NCBI RefSeq assembly: GCF_009914755.1
Contig: NC_060934.1
Reading direction: 5' to 3' (one strand)
Source: the human T2T-CHM13v2.0 reference genome, Homo sapiens
DNA: 64,000 nucleotides
Positions 32,390-45,167 of the stretch are shown here, piece after piece. Each line of letters opens with the position of its first letter. Position 1 is the first letter of the stretch. Below the pieces are notes generated by a model. That model was not told where the DNA came from and did not search any database. It saw nothing but the letters and a program-made list of their open reading frames with translations. A program made the position numbers and the translations under genes.

Positions 32390-32480
32390 CTGTATTTTAT
32401 TACACACCCTCTGCTGTGTTCCAACTTTACTGTTCTTGAAATTCAAAAAGTCCACACTCCTTCAGTCGCTGAAGCTTTAC
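32390..32480 (-). other. Candidate 91-nt non-coding, poison or recursive-type exon
   Basis: Minus strand: ~50-nt AG-free pyrimidine-rich tract ending ttattccAG; exon GTAAAG...ATACAG; donor gtaagt; stop codons in all three frames. Confidence 0.45.
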
Positions 32481-32638
32481 CTGGAATAATAAGGGCAGAA
32501 AATGAGGAAGGAAGCAACCAGAAGGAACAAAAGGGCCCACTTGGAAAAGCAACTCTCTCATATAATCAAATCAATTAAAAACTTGATTTGTGAGAGAAAT
32601 AAGGGCCACCTGGATTAAGGAAACTCTACCTCAGTCTA

Positions 32639-32946
<308 letters not shown>

Positions 32947-33443
32947 AAAACTATTAATGTCTTATTAACAGTAACTTAATATTTGCAGAAGAAATCATTA
33001 TTATTTACAAAGAGCTTTCACATGCATTTTCTCATTGGAGCCATAAGATCTTGAGAACAGACTAGCACCATTTTAAAATGCAGCAGCTGAAATTCCCAAA
33101 GGTTGGGGAACTTTCCCCCAATCACTCAGCCAGCAAGTGTCAAAGAAGAAATCAGTGCCCAGCTCTACCAACCCTTGCTCCAAACTCTTCCATGACACCA
33201 TATAACAAAATAGTTTCAACTTGAACAGCAATATTTATTCTTTCTTCCTGCATAGATACTCATAGATACGCCAACAGAGATAGAATGGCTTTGCATGCTA
33301 AGTGACTGACACTGCGATAGGATTAATGTATTTAGCACAGACAACCCAAAGGGTAGAAAATCCACACAAAGGTAGTTAAGAAACACCTTATCTTTTCTGC
33401 ATACTCTACTTTTCTCTTTAAATCATAGTTATACTTGCTGGGA

Positions 33444-33728
33444 TTTTTTGTTTTATTTTCTTTTTTTTTTTCTTTGAGACAGAGTCTCAGGCTGAGTGCA
33501 GTGGCATAATCATGGCTCACTGCAGCCCATGGGCTGAAGCAATCCTCCCACCTCAGCCTCCCAAACAGCTAGGCCTTCTGGTGCATGCCACCATGCCCAG
33601 TTGATTTTTTTTTTAGTAGAGATGGGGTCTTGCTATGTGCTGGGTCTCGAAATCTTGGACTCAAGTGATCTTCCCACCTCAGCCTTCCAAAGTGCTGGGA
33701 TTACAGGTATGAACTACCATAACTGGCC
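33444..33728 (-). mobile_element. AluJ with internal deletions
   Basis: catggctcactgcagcc, aagcaatcctcccacctcagcc, ccaaagtgctgggattacagg. Confidence 0.9.
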
Positions 33729-33729
33729 T

Positions 33730-35005
33730 TTAAATTTTTGTATTTGGAAATAATTTCAAGCTTACAGAAGAGTTGTAGAATAATAATAGTACAAAAGTAT
33801 CCAGGTACTTTTTACCCAGATTCACTTATTATCAACATTTATTTAACCATTCACTCACTGTCCATTCATTCATTTGACTTTTTTTCTGAGCCTTAAGGAG
33901 ATAAGTGCAATACAACACAGCATTTTACCTCTAAATACTTCAGAATTTATTTCCTAAGAATAAGAATATTCTCTTACATAACCACAATATAGCTATCAGC
34001 CTTAGTAAATTTAAAAGTTATATAATAGTTTAATCTACTGCCATATTCAGTTAACCTAATAATGTCCTTTATAGTATTTCTCTTTCCTCCAATTCAGATC
34101 CAGTCCAGGGTCAGATACTGCATTTAGCTGCCATTACTTTTCAGCTTCCTTTCACCTGAACCACACCAGCTTTCCTTTGTCTTTTATGATACTGACACTT
34201 TAGAAGAATATAGCCTCTCCCCCTTTTTATATTAATAGAACATCTCTATTTTGACTTTCATGACATTTCCTCAGGTGATTCCTGAGGATTCAGTTCAGAA
34301 TAATCGTGTAGTTTTCTGCATTCTCAGAAAACTACAAAAGTGATATTTTCTTCTCTGGATATCACATCTAAAGGCACAAAAAGTCTATCTGCCCCAGCTT
34401 GGTTATGCTAATTTTGATCACCCAGCCAAGGTGTTGTCCAACTTTTCCAATGAAAAATTACTACTTTTTCCCTTGCAGCTAACAAGTAATCTGTGGGAAG
34501 ACACTTTAAGACCATGTAAATATCTTGTCCCTCATCAAAATTTCCCCCTAGATTTAGTATCCATTAGTGATGTCTGCCTGATAAAAACTTTATACTGTGA
34601 TGGCTGCAACATGCTGACTTTTCCAACTCCAGCAATCCCTCCATATTACCATTCATTACTCAGCATTATACATTGTTTACCAATATATCTATTTATGATC
34701 ACCTGAGATACATGAAGTCCTATTTTTTCAGTGACTTATAATTTATCCTTGTACTTAAGTATTTTGGTGCTCCAGCTGTCTCAGACTTAGCCAGTGGGAA
34801 GCCCTTCAAGCTGGCTCCTTTATCCCTGTGACATACTCCATCTTTTAAAAATATTTTCTTACTTTTATTCCCTTACTTTCTGATATTAAAAAAAAAATGT
34901 TATGGGCTCATCTTGTATCTACCCTGTCTCTAACCTGGATCCTGTCAATTCTCCAAAAAGCACTGGTTCCTTTCCAAGGAGAATGCTGTTAGAGACCAAA
35001 ATCTG
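33730..35005 (-). mobile_element. L1MC4/5-type 3' region
   Basis: ggaaataatttcaagcttacagaagagttg; gccagtgggaagcccttcaagctggctcct; tagagaccaaaatctgg. Confidence 0.8.
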
Positions 35006-35029
35006 GTATTACCCACTTTTATAGTCATT

Positions 35030-35770
35030 GTTCATACCTATTGATTATTATTTTGAATATGAGTCACAATCCCCTGTTACTTTGCATGCTTCTTTCCATT
35101 ATAAGGTAAACAATTGGAGGGTGTTCAGTTTGGCTCTGGTGGCAGCTAAATTACTGGTGGGTCCTCTTGATCCTGCCAAGCTTCATTTTACACTTGGTTA
35201 AGATGAGTCTATTTCACTTATGTCCTTAGTCCAAGCTTATGGCCCTTACTGTAAGGTATGGATGGTCTTTATTCCTAGGATGTGATGTCTCAACAGAATG
35301 GCTATGTGATGTCTCGGTAGAATGGCTAAGGTATTCAGCAAGGTCTCTTCACCTTGGCTAGGCCAGAAACCCAATCTTTCTCAGTAATACATGACCTCTG
35401 GTACCGCCATTCTGTTCTTAGCCTAGTAGCAGCTGCTCTCTGCAGGGCCTCACCCCTCAAGTAGCTCCCTCCTCTCCAGTACCCTGCCATACAAATCTCA
35501 GCCACTTCAGCAGCCTTAAACTCCAGTCTCTGCTTTCTCAATGCTATGAGACCACCATGCTCTGCTAGGGTTCACCTCCCTATATCACAGCGGGGAAAGT
35601 GTTCAAGCAGGAAACCAGGGCAAATGTGAGTCCCCCTCTTGTGATTCTCTTCTCTCAAGGATCACAGTTCCGGATGCCTGCTGTTCACTGCCTGAAAACC
35701 ACAGCCTCATAGATAGTAGTCCTTTTTTCTAGTTGTTTACCTTAGGAGGCAAGACCAGCACCCATTACTT
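35030..35770 (-). mobile_element. Ancient L1ME 5' region relic
   Basis: ttctctcaaggatcacagt...ctgctgttcactgcctgaaaac resembles recalled L1ME 5'-end models. Confidence 0.5.
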
Positions 35771-37094
35771 CTCTCTTTTTCTCTTTATGCCTTTAATAGT
35801 AAATGATGATTGAGGAAGACAGGTCTGCTCTACTGGGAAGGGTTAAGACTCAAATACTTTCAATGTATAATAAATGCTCTTTACTTAAACATTTCAAAGA
35901 AACTCACTTTCTAACAATCTGTTTCTTACAAATGTATGTGCTTACCTTAAGCACAACACTGTAGCAAGAAAAATGTTCTCTATTAGTGGGGCAATTGCAA
36001 ACAAATGACAAGGAAATGTCCCTGTTTCTTCCAAAAAGCTCACTTCAGATAGCCAGCTGGCTATCACCCTAACATGCATTTACATTTATTTCCATAACTC
36101 TTCCTCCTACTGGCATAACAAAACAGTAGAGCCTACCCTAAGTAATGAAAGTTAGTTGCTCTTCTTAATTTCTCTTGTTTATGTGCATATTCTTAGGGAT
36201 GGAGAAAAGAATCCTTTTCATATAAATCATTTTCTGGTGTATTTCCATGTCTACTTATAACCACTGTTGAGAAAATAATTAGAAAATAAACAGTCAAAAA
36301 TAAAACTTGCAACCCCAGATACAAAGCTAATCAATATTAGCAAAGAAGAATAATATTTTATCAAATACTGTGAGAAAAGATGATTTTGTAATCACAGGAA
36401 AATGGAGAACAAGTCTTTCCCTGCACAAGCCAGTAGATTTGTGCTCAAGGCACACGTGTGCACATGCGCACACACACACGCAGCATTCCAAACACAGTTT
36501 GCAGACTGAAATGTGGGACACCCTCTTGCTACTTCTTGGGCAGAATTTCTTCATATTAGAAATCCACATTTCAGCTCATCTAATTCATTTTCTCAAAAGG
36601 AATCAATGCATGACAAGTTATACCTTTCTTTGGTTCTACTTCAGGTCCCCTAGATCTTAAAAGTGAGCATCTGATGTAAACAAAATGCTTTATTGTCCTT
36701 TTGTACCCCTCACTGTCCAGGCATTCCTAATATTCTTGGGGCTCTTAGAACAGTCTTTTCACAGATCACAATGTCTCCTGTAGATCTTGTTGAATTCTGT
36801 TTCCTCAAGTCTGCATGTGTCCAGCACCCTAATGAGGTACAAATTCTTCTGTGCAACCCATTTCCCAGAAATGCAGTCTGAGCCTCTGGGCTTGATAAAA
36901 CAAGACCTCCATGAACTGCTCCCAGTCCCCCTTACCATTTCGTCTCCTAACACTTTATGCTCCATCACTAGTGAAAAACTTGTAGCTATTCCCCTTCATG
37001 AAATACCCTTTTCCTCCTTTCTTCTCTTGACTGTGAAAATTTTTTCATGCTAACCATTCAAAGCTGGGTTAGTGCCCCAGCCCTATGCTCACCT

Positions 37095-37300
37095 TTATAA
37101 TAAATAAACTTCACTGAGTGCTTTTGATATGCTAAGCATGGATGGGCACTTAACATGTATGATCTTATTTAGTGCTACTACTAAGTCTGTAAAGTAGGTG
37201 ATATTTATTATTATCAGCCCATTTACAGATGAGCAAACATGAAGAAAGACTACACAGCGTCCCAATGTCACGCAGCTGGGGAGTGCTGGAGCCACAGAGC
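37095..37300 (-). mobile_element. MIR
   Basis: cccatttacagatgagcaaacatga...cccaatgtcacgcagct. Confidence 0.7.
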
Positions 37301-38648
37301 TCATAGGCTTTTCATTACAAACAGCATGAAACATAGTTAGTTGAAAAATTAACAGCATAATAGGTACTTCCAGGCAAAAGGCCCAGAATGTCAATGGTGA
37401 CCCTATGACAACACTGAAAGGGTAAAAATAAGATGAGAGTAACTCATCAGAATCCTTCAGAAGAGGGTGCAAAAAGAGACCTATAAACTAACATCAACGA
37501 TATGCCCATAATAAAGACCAAAATATTTTACCAAGACAGGGTGATCAGCAATTTCTAAGAATCAAGTAATATACACATGGCTCAAGCAAAATAATGTTTA
37601 AAAGAAGCGGTGGAAATAGGAAAGAATTTTCTTACTAGGGATTAGAGAAAAAGCATTAAATCAAAGATTAAGAAGAGCTCTCAGAGGAAAGAATCTGGAA
37701 TATTTGAATAATTAAATCAATTCCATCCTCAAGAAGTTCTTATACTGGGTAACAAATAGCATCCTCTATTGGAGTTACATGTTGGCTCCTACACAAATTG
37801 AATGAGTGAAGATTAGTGAATAGGAAAAATTCTGTTGTACCCCATCTAAGCCCTGTGTGCCGCAGATCCAATATGCCCGTTTCTGGCTCTAGATTGTGAA
37901 GGTGGGTGTAAAGGAGGCATGAACAGGAATGCTGATGATGTGCTCCTTCCAAATGCCACCCAGACAGCCTCATGAAGAGCAAGGCAGAGAGGATCAATAT
38001 TTCAGTACAGGCATCACTCAAGCAGGTTACCCTTCTTCACTGGTAGAGACCAAGATGCTTGGTCTCTTGGACCTTGACTGGAAGATGTTAACCTCACTTC
38101 AAAATAAAAATCAAGCAAAGTCAAAGTTATCAATGCTGGGCTCTACACTTCTTGGGAAAATTGAAAAACAGAAAAGAATCAAAAGTAGAAAAGTAAAAAT
38201 CACTGAAACATAATTTGAGGTACGAAATTCCCAGAGAAAGTTTTGTCTAGGGAAAACAAGGGAGACTCTACCACTTACCATCATTTTAAGCACTACTCTG
38301 CTATGAGCAGTGGATAGCATTTTTCCATTTCCACCAAAGACAGAGCAGTGAAAACAACTTTAGCCTAAAGCATAAGAATTTCAGCTTTAAGACAATGACT
38401 TTCTCCAAAGCAAGACATTTTAACTAAGGAGTCTATAGTTTGTATACCCATGACAAAGGTTGCTATGTTAATTATTAAAACGTAGAACTCTCAAATTGGT
38501 ATTCCTGTAGAATATGTGATTTTTGCCTCAGAAGTTGCGATAATAATCAATAATACAACCATTTATTGAGTGCTTCGCTACAGGCCAAAAGTCACTCAGG
38601 GAGGCCTGAGGGGAAGCCCAGCTCTGCTAGTGCTGTGGGATTCACGTG

Positions 38649-39024
38649 TGTATTAGTCTGTTCTCAAAGTGCTAAGAAAACTACCTGAGACTAGGTAATT
38701 TATGAAGAAAAGAGGTTTAACTGACTCACAGTTCCACAAGCTTAACAGGAAGCATGACTGGAAGGCCTCAGGAAACTTACAATCACGGCAGAAGGCGAAA
38801 GGGAAGCAAGCACCTTCTTCTAATGGCAGCAGGAGGGGGTGGTCGGTGGGGGAAGTGCCACACTTTTCAAACCATCAGATGTCATGAGAACTCACTATCA
38901 TGAGAACAGCATGGGGGATATCTGCCCCCATGATCCAATCATCTCCCACCAGGTCCCTCCCCTGACACATGGGGATTACAAATCAACACGAGATTTGGGT
39001 GTGGACACAGAGCTAAACCATACA
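38649..39024 (-). mobile_element. Solo MaLR LTR (MSTA/THE1D-like)
   Basis: tgtattagtctgttctc...aggcctcaggaaacttacaatc...gagaactcactatcatgagaacagc...aaaccata. Confidence 0.93.
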
Positions 39025-39343
39025 GACACACAATCTCCCTGTTTCAATGCACAACCTCTTGACTACAGGGATAAGACCAATGCAAATTAAACTTACACTT
39101 ACAAAATAGGATAATAACTGCTTTATGAGGTTTGAGAAAGGATTCAGTTTAGTTAATCTTATTTACCCTGTGCCTATCATGTAGCAAGCACTTCATAAAT
39201 GTTAGCTATTATTACTGCCAAATAATTTTAACTTTACTTGGGTCAACTTCTTCCTGTTATTCAATCCCTGATTCTGTTAAAGGCAAGAGAGGGTGTTTAG
39301 GTCAATGAGAGTAATATAACTTCAAGATGAAAAAGAACTGGCT

Positions 39344-39682
<339 letters not shown>

Positions 39683-39819
39683 TCATCCACAGCCATCCAC
39701 TCCGTAAGTAGACATTGACGGTGTGCCCATCAAGCATGGAGCACTGGGGTAGGCCTCTGTGGGGAAAGTCAAAATGAAAATGGTGCAGCCCATAGCATTG
39801 CTCAAAGGACATCATCACC

Positions 39820-40120
39820 TTATTGTTAATCACCAACACTTGTGGAATATTCCCCATATGCCAGGCAGTGCTGCAAGCAACATGTGTGTATGTGTTCATG
39901 CACACACTTGTAAACATATATATTTACTCTTTTAAACCTCAAGACAACCCTTTAAAGTATTACTTATTATCCCTAATTTACAGATGAGAAACTGAGGCAC
40001 AGAGAGAAAATATAACTTGCTCTCGGTTGCACAGCCTGTAATTGGCAGAGCTGAGATTCAGCTCCTGGCTATCTAGTTTCAGAGTCTTAGGCACCTAGCC
40101 ACTTGATACGCTGCCTCTCC
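39820..40120 (-). mobile_element. MIR
   Basis: tttacagatgagaaactgaggcacagagag core. Confidence 0.85.
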
Positions 40121-40384
40121 CTAGACGTGTCCGCTAAGAACTAGAGTGAGAACAGACTATGATAAGGGCCCAGTAGGAACATAAATAAAGTGTGGCGTTT
40201 GTGGGTTACTTGTGCTATCTTGACACATAACAGGAAGAAGAAAAGGCCTTTAACTACAAAATGATGTGTTTAAGCACTCCGTAGCAACCCAGACTGAAAG
40301 TCATCCAAAAAACACTTGTGTCTGTCACCTTGAAGAGCCATCTTCTCAGTTATTTAACACATGCTGCAGGGAAAGAAGAGGGCT

Positions 40385-40600
40385 AAGAATATGGGCTTAG
40401 AAGTCAGACATGCCTGGATTTGATTGGCAGGTCCTCCAACGGCAGCTCTGTGGTCTTCAACAAATAAATTACTTGACCTCTCTCTTCAATATCCTCATAT
40501 TAAGGATTAAATGAGAAAATTTATGAAAGAGTTTAGTTGTAGGACATGGCTCTAAGTACTAAATAAATAAAATAATACAAATACTAAATAAATAAATTGT
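40385..40600 (+). mobile_element. MIR
   Basis: gaagtcagacatgcctggatttga...aaggattaaatgaga. Confidence 0.6.
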
Positions 40601-41164
40601 TGCTGCTATTTTGCTTCAAGATTCATTCCTAAGCAATATTTAAGAGTACCAAGTACACAATATCAGTCTATAAACCAAAAAGTATGCAACTTACAGGATT
40701 TGAAATACATTGTGGATTCATTTATGATATCAATAAGTATGAATTATTAGAGCCCAAAAAGTATGATAAATCTGTGTTTCAAAATGCTAGAGAATAAAAA
40801 ATTCTTTCATCTTATGAGGTAAGAGCAGCTGTGTATTGAGGGACGACTCTGTCCTCAGTCCTGTAACAGGTACAACACAGATTTTACTCAATCTTCAAAA
40901 ACCACTCGGGGGTTTGTCAAATGGTACTGATTTTACATATGAGGATTCTGAGCCTCTCAGAGGTTAAATGATTGACTCCAGGTCACACTATCAATACACA
41001 GCAGGGACTATTCTTAAAACCAAAAGACTTACCAGTGAGGCAGTCAGAAACATAGCCATTCCACAAAGCATTTCCTTGGCACCAATCAGAATTTCATCAA
41101 GAAACATTCCAATATTATCAATGTCTAAATCCCCACTGCACATATTGTGCTTTAAAGAAGCCTA

Positions 41165-41392
41165 GGCTGGGTGGTAGCTCACACCTGTAATCCCAGCACT
41201 TTGGGAAGCCAAGGTGAAAGGATCGCTTGAGTCCAGGAGCCCTAGAACAGCCTGGGCAAAATAGGGAGACCTCTGTTTCTACAAAAAAATAAAACCTAGT
41301 CAGGCTGAGGTGAGAGAATAGCTTGAGCCCAGGAGGCTGAGGCTGCAATGAGCCATGATTGCAACAGAGCAAGACCCTTCTTCCAAAAAGAG
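41165..41392 (+). mobile_element. AluJ with two right-arm deletions
   Basis: Left arm largely intact, right arm shortened; TSD aagaagccta at 41155-41164 and 41393-41402. Confidence 0.88.
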
Positions 41393-43030
41393 AAGAAGCC
41401 TAAATCACTGACTGGGAGGTTGTGATATGCCACTGGTCAAAGTGACATACTACTAGAAATCTCATTCCATCATCCAGTTCAGTCAGAATGTCCCTTGGAA
41501 ACACTGTCAGAGATGGGCAATTTACAAATTGCTATAGCTATTCAAAAGTGACTATATTTCCACAGCAATACATTGGTTCCTACAGCTGGAACATGGGGAA
41601 AACAAAGGAACATCAATGGCATTAGACAGGGTATGTGTATGTGTTTCAGGTAGGTGTGGATACAGCAGGAAAAGATAAAGCCAAAGATCCATTTCTGATT
41701 TTGTTAATAGCAGAACATGCTTACCACCAATATTCGAATCAATTACTTGTAAACATTTTTGTTTATGGTTTTCTATGTGTCACCTGTCCTTAAGAAAAAA
41801 GAAGGCAGCAAGAAAGTTCACTATGTAAATTCTAAGACTCAACTCTGCCTCTAATACTTCCAGACTGTAATTGCCATCCCTGAAACGGCAAAGTCCATAT
41901 TTTGGAGACCACTGTATCCTTACCACAATACAATGCTAGGTAAACTTAGGCCTTCAATAAACATGGATGGATGTTCACACTCAGCCATACTACAAAATGT
42001 AGAGGAAAAAGGTGTGAGGGGCTGCCCGAGGAGGATTACTTATTATTAAACTGCTCTTTGAAACTTAATAGTCAGAAAACGTGGAATTACAGGAGGTTCG
42101 ATTTTCTGAACTTTTTTTGAATGAGTACATCTTACACTTTGGGGGTGAAAAATGCCTCCCTATTCCCTTTGACTATTCAAAATATTTGCCAATATTATTA
42201 AATACTTACAGGTCTAAAAATGCCATCTAATCGACTATTTCAGAAATATGAATCATATATGCAAAAATTTATCGTAGCATTGTGCTTGACACAGCAGAAA
42301 TAAAGAAGAACAAGGCTGGGCCAACAATGGTTGAATGGAGGGACAGACTCTAAACAATTAATTACTATACCGTACCATACAATTGGTGCTTTTGGCAAAG
42401 GAGAACCATGTACTGGAGGACCCAGAGGAGGGATGACTAACACTGCTTACATAAAAAATCCCACACCATAAAAAAGGAGTTTTCTTTCCTCCAATATTCT
42501 TTGCAATTTCCTCGTCCAATCTTCACTATTTCCTTTAAAGTGAAAAAGCAGCACAGGCCCTCTGTATACTAAATACTCCTAAATAGCCACCGTCTTTCTC
42601 AATCATCATCCCATCTCCTGAAAACCTGCACATTGCCTAAAATAAGAAGTTTCCACAAACTAATGATCAGCCACCCTGTTAACACATAACTTAATTATTT
42701 TAGATGAGCTTCATCAGAATTTTTTTGGCCCTAGTGTTTCCTCCAAAATTCCTGGCCTTCTTATAGTCAATTAAACTGTATGTGTTTTTCTGTCCAAAAA
42801 TCTTAAAGACACAGCCAAATGGATATTTTTCTAAAATTTTCTAACACCATCATTAGCAGCTCATTTCATTACATGATTAAAAATTAACTTGATAATGCTG
42901 TCAGTGTGACTGAACATTAAAATTATTTCTAAATTTCTAATGGGACAGAAAGGGAAATGGGCAAGCCACATAATTCTAATCAAGGGAAAACATATAAAAG
43001 GGCTTTCCACCGAAGTACTGAGAAGCAGAA

Positions 43031-43322
43031 TCTTCTTTTTTTAGAGACAGGGTCTCACTGTGTCGCCCAGGCTTGAGTGCAGTTAGCGCAATTATAGCTC
43101 ACTGTAGACTTGAATTCCTGGGCTCCAAGCGATCCTCTCGCCTCAGCCTCCCAAGTAGCTAAGACTACACGTATGTGCCACCACATCTGGCTAATTTTTT
43201 TTTTTTCTGTGCTGACAGGGTCTTGCTGTGTTACCCAAGCTGGTCTCAAACTCCTGGCCTCAAGCAATGCTCCCGCCTCGGCCTCTCGAAGCACTGGGAT
43301 TGCAGGCATGAACCACTGCGTC
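43031..43322 (-). mobile_element. AluJ
   Basis: gagacagggtctcactgtgtcgcccagg...atagctcactg...ctcctggcctcaagcaat. Confidence 0.92.
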
Positions 43323-44546
43323 CTCTTTTTTAACAATAGTTTATATAATACATGCAAATGCAGTGTGGTTTCTTCTATTTTCACTAAAAATCTATGAGGA
43401 TAATACTAAAGTGTGCCTTAGGGAAAAGGATACCTGAAGGGGAGGCACTGAAAATGTAGAAATAAACACCTTTTTCTTATTTCAAGTTAAAAAGTACTAG
43501 ATAAGATGACTGAAAACATATTGAGCAGGGAGGTTTCACAAACAGGATGGTCCCTAACACAGGACCTTCTAGGAAAACCATTTGGATGTGGTCTTTTATA
43601 CAGGACAATCCCAGAAAAAAAAACAGAAATAAAAGATTTTCTGAAAATTCAACAACTACTTCACTATTCAGAAAGTCGTCACCTCACTTAGCTAGGGCAG
43701 GCACCATTTATACCTCAGTGCCACCACCTGATTGATCTGAAGCTTGTTATCAGTGAAAATCTTGCTATCACCCATGTGTGCTCATGGGTTTCATATTTTA
43801 AATGGAACATACATGTGTAGACTACCTGTTAGTACCTTACTCTCTGCTCAACTTTTACTTTCCTTAATAGTAAAAAGCTATTCTATCTGTTCGAGGAAGT
43901 GCCATACATGTTTACTTATTTTTTTTTTTATAAATTCCCTTACCTTTATTCATCCTATTCATTTCAAAGTGACTTAGAGCATACTGTTCAATAAACGTGA
44001 TACACGTGTTTGGTACATAATCACCCACAAGCTGGTACTCTGCAGGTCTGTTAGCATGGTTAGTACTGAACCAGAGGTAAGAGCTAGTCACTGCACTACA
44101 CACGTGACAAAAGTCTTCTTGAATCCCCACAGTGTCACTCAAACTAGGGCTTGGTTCTTTATCTGCCCACTCCACCACCTGCCCTACAAAGGGGTTGGAT
44201 CCACTTATCCTACCCAACGGTCTGAACTTCTTCCTCCTCTCTGCTGCGGCAAGTTGCCCACCTTCCCTACCTGCCCACTGCCTGAATGTGTGCTTGGAAG
44301 GTATACTACATATACCAGTACCACCATCTCCACCTACTAAAAATTTGGGATATGCCAGATAGCTTTAATCCAAGCAATAGCATGATAAGGCAGGCACTAA
44401 TCTCATCTTACAGATAAAGAGACTTACAGATAAAGTTCAGAGAGAATGGTCAGTAACCAGCATGCAAGTGGTCAAGCCAGGATTGCAACCCAGATTCTGA
44501 GACCAAATTCTGGCTTGGGACTGAATTATTTACATTCATATGCACA

Positions 44547-44766
44547 CAGAAGGCCCTTGAATAACACTGTTTAATTCAACTTTGTTTTGTTATAACACTG
44601 ATGAGAAGAAAAATTGGTTCCTGGTCAGGGTCACCATCCGTGTGGAGTCCGCAAGTTCTTCCCATGTCTGCATGGGTTTTCTCAGGTACTCTGGTTTCTT
44701 ATTCAGTTCCCAGAGATATGTCCCTTAGGTTCCTTGGCATGTCTCCACGGTCCCAGTCTGAATGAG

Positions 44767-44807
<41 letters not shown>

Positions 44808-45167
44808 TGTGATGGGATGGTGTCCTGTCCACAATGGGTTCCCACCTTATGCCCTGAGATGCTAGGATAAGCTCTCTCATCCAAGACCCTGAACTAGAAT
44901 AACTGGATAAATAATTATCTTACTTGTTTGCATCAATTTTTCTTAAGTATAAGTATAGCTCATATCCATCTCAATTTTTAATATTAGAAGTGTTTTGGTC
45001 CTTATTTAGAAGTTTGGTGGTGTTTTTGTCATCAGAAATATGCCATAGGAACTTAACTCTTGTTTATATCAATTAGCCCATGAGAAAACTGGTTTCTTAA
45101 CATGTTGTTTCTCTTAAGAATGACAGTTTCCAAGAACCTATCGATGACATTAAGTGAGGACTTACTG
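44547..45167 (+). mobile_element. MER6A (TcMar-Tigger non-autonomous DNA transposon), full length
   Basis: Ends cagaaggcccttgaataac... and ...cattaagtgaggacttactg are imperfect terminal inverted repeats; internal gtgtggagtccgcaagttcttcccatgtctgcatgggtttt block followed by (TG)n. Confidence 0.85.
44769..44804 (+). repeat. (TG)18 microsatellite within MER6A
   Basis: 18 uninterrupted TG units. Confidence 0.97.

Noticed and set aside
38045-38067. Perfect 10-bp hairpin agagaccaag-atg-cttggtctct
   Set aside because: About one such stem is expected by chance in 64 kb; too short for a pre-miRNA, and Rho-independent terminators do not apply here.
44407-44435. Short direct repeats (cttacagataaag x2; similar pairs at 40557-40596 and ~56607-56633)
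   Set aside because: Isolated two-copy slippage duplications with no array or spacers, so not CRISPR-like.
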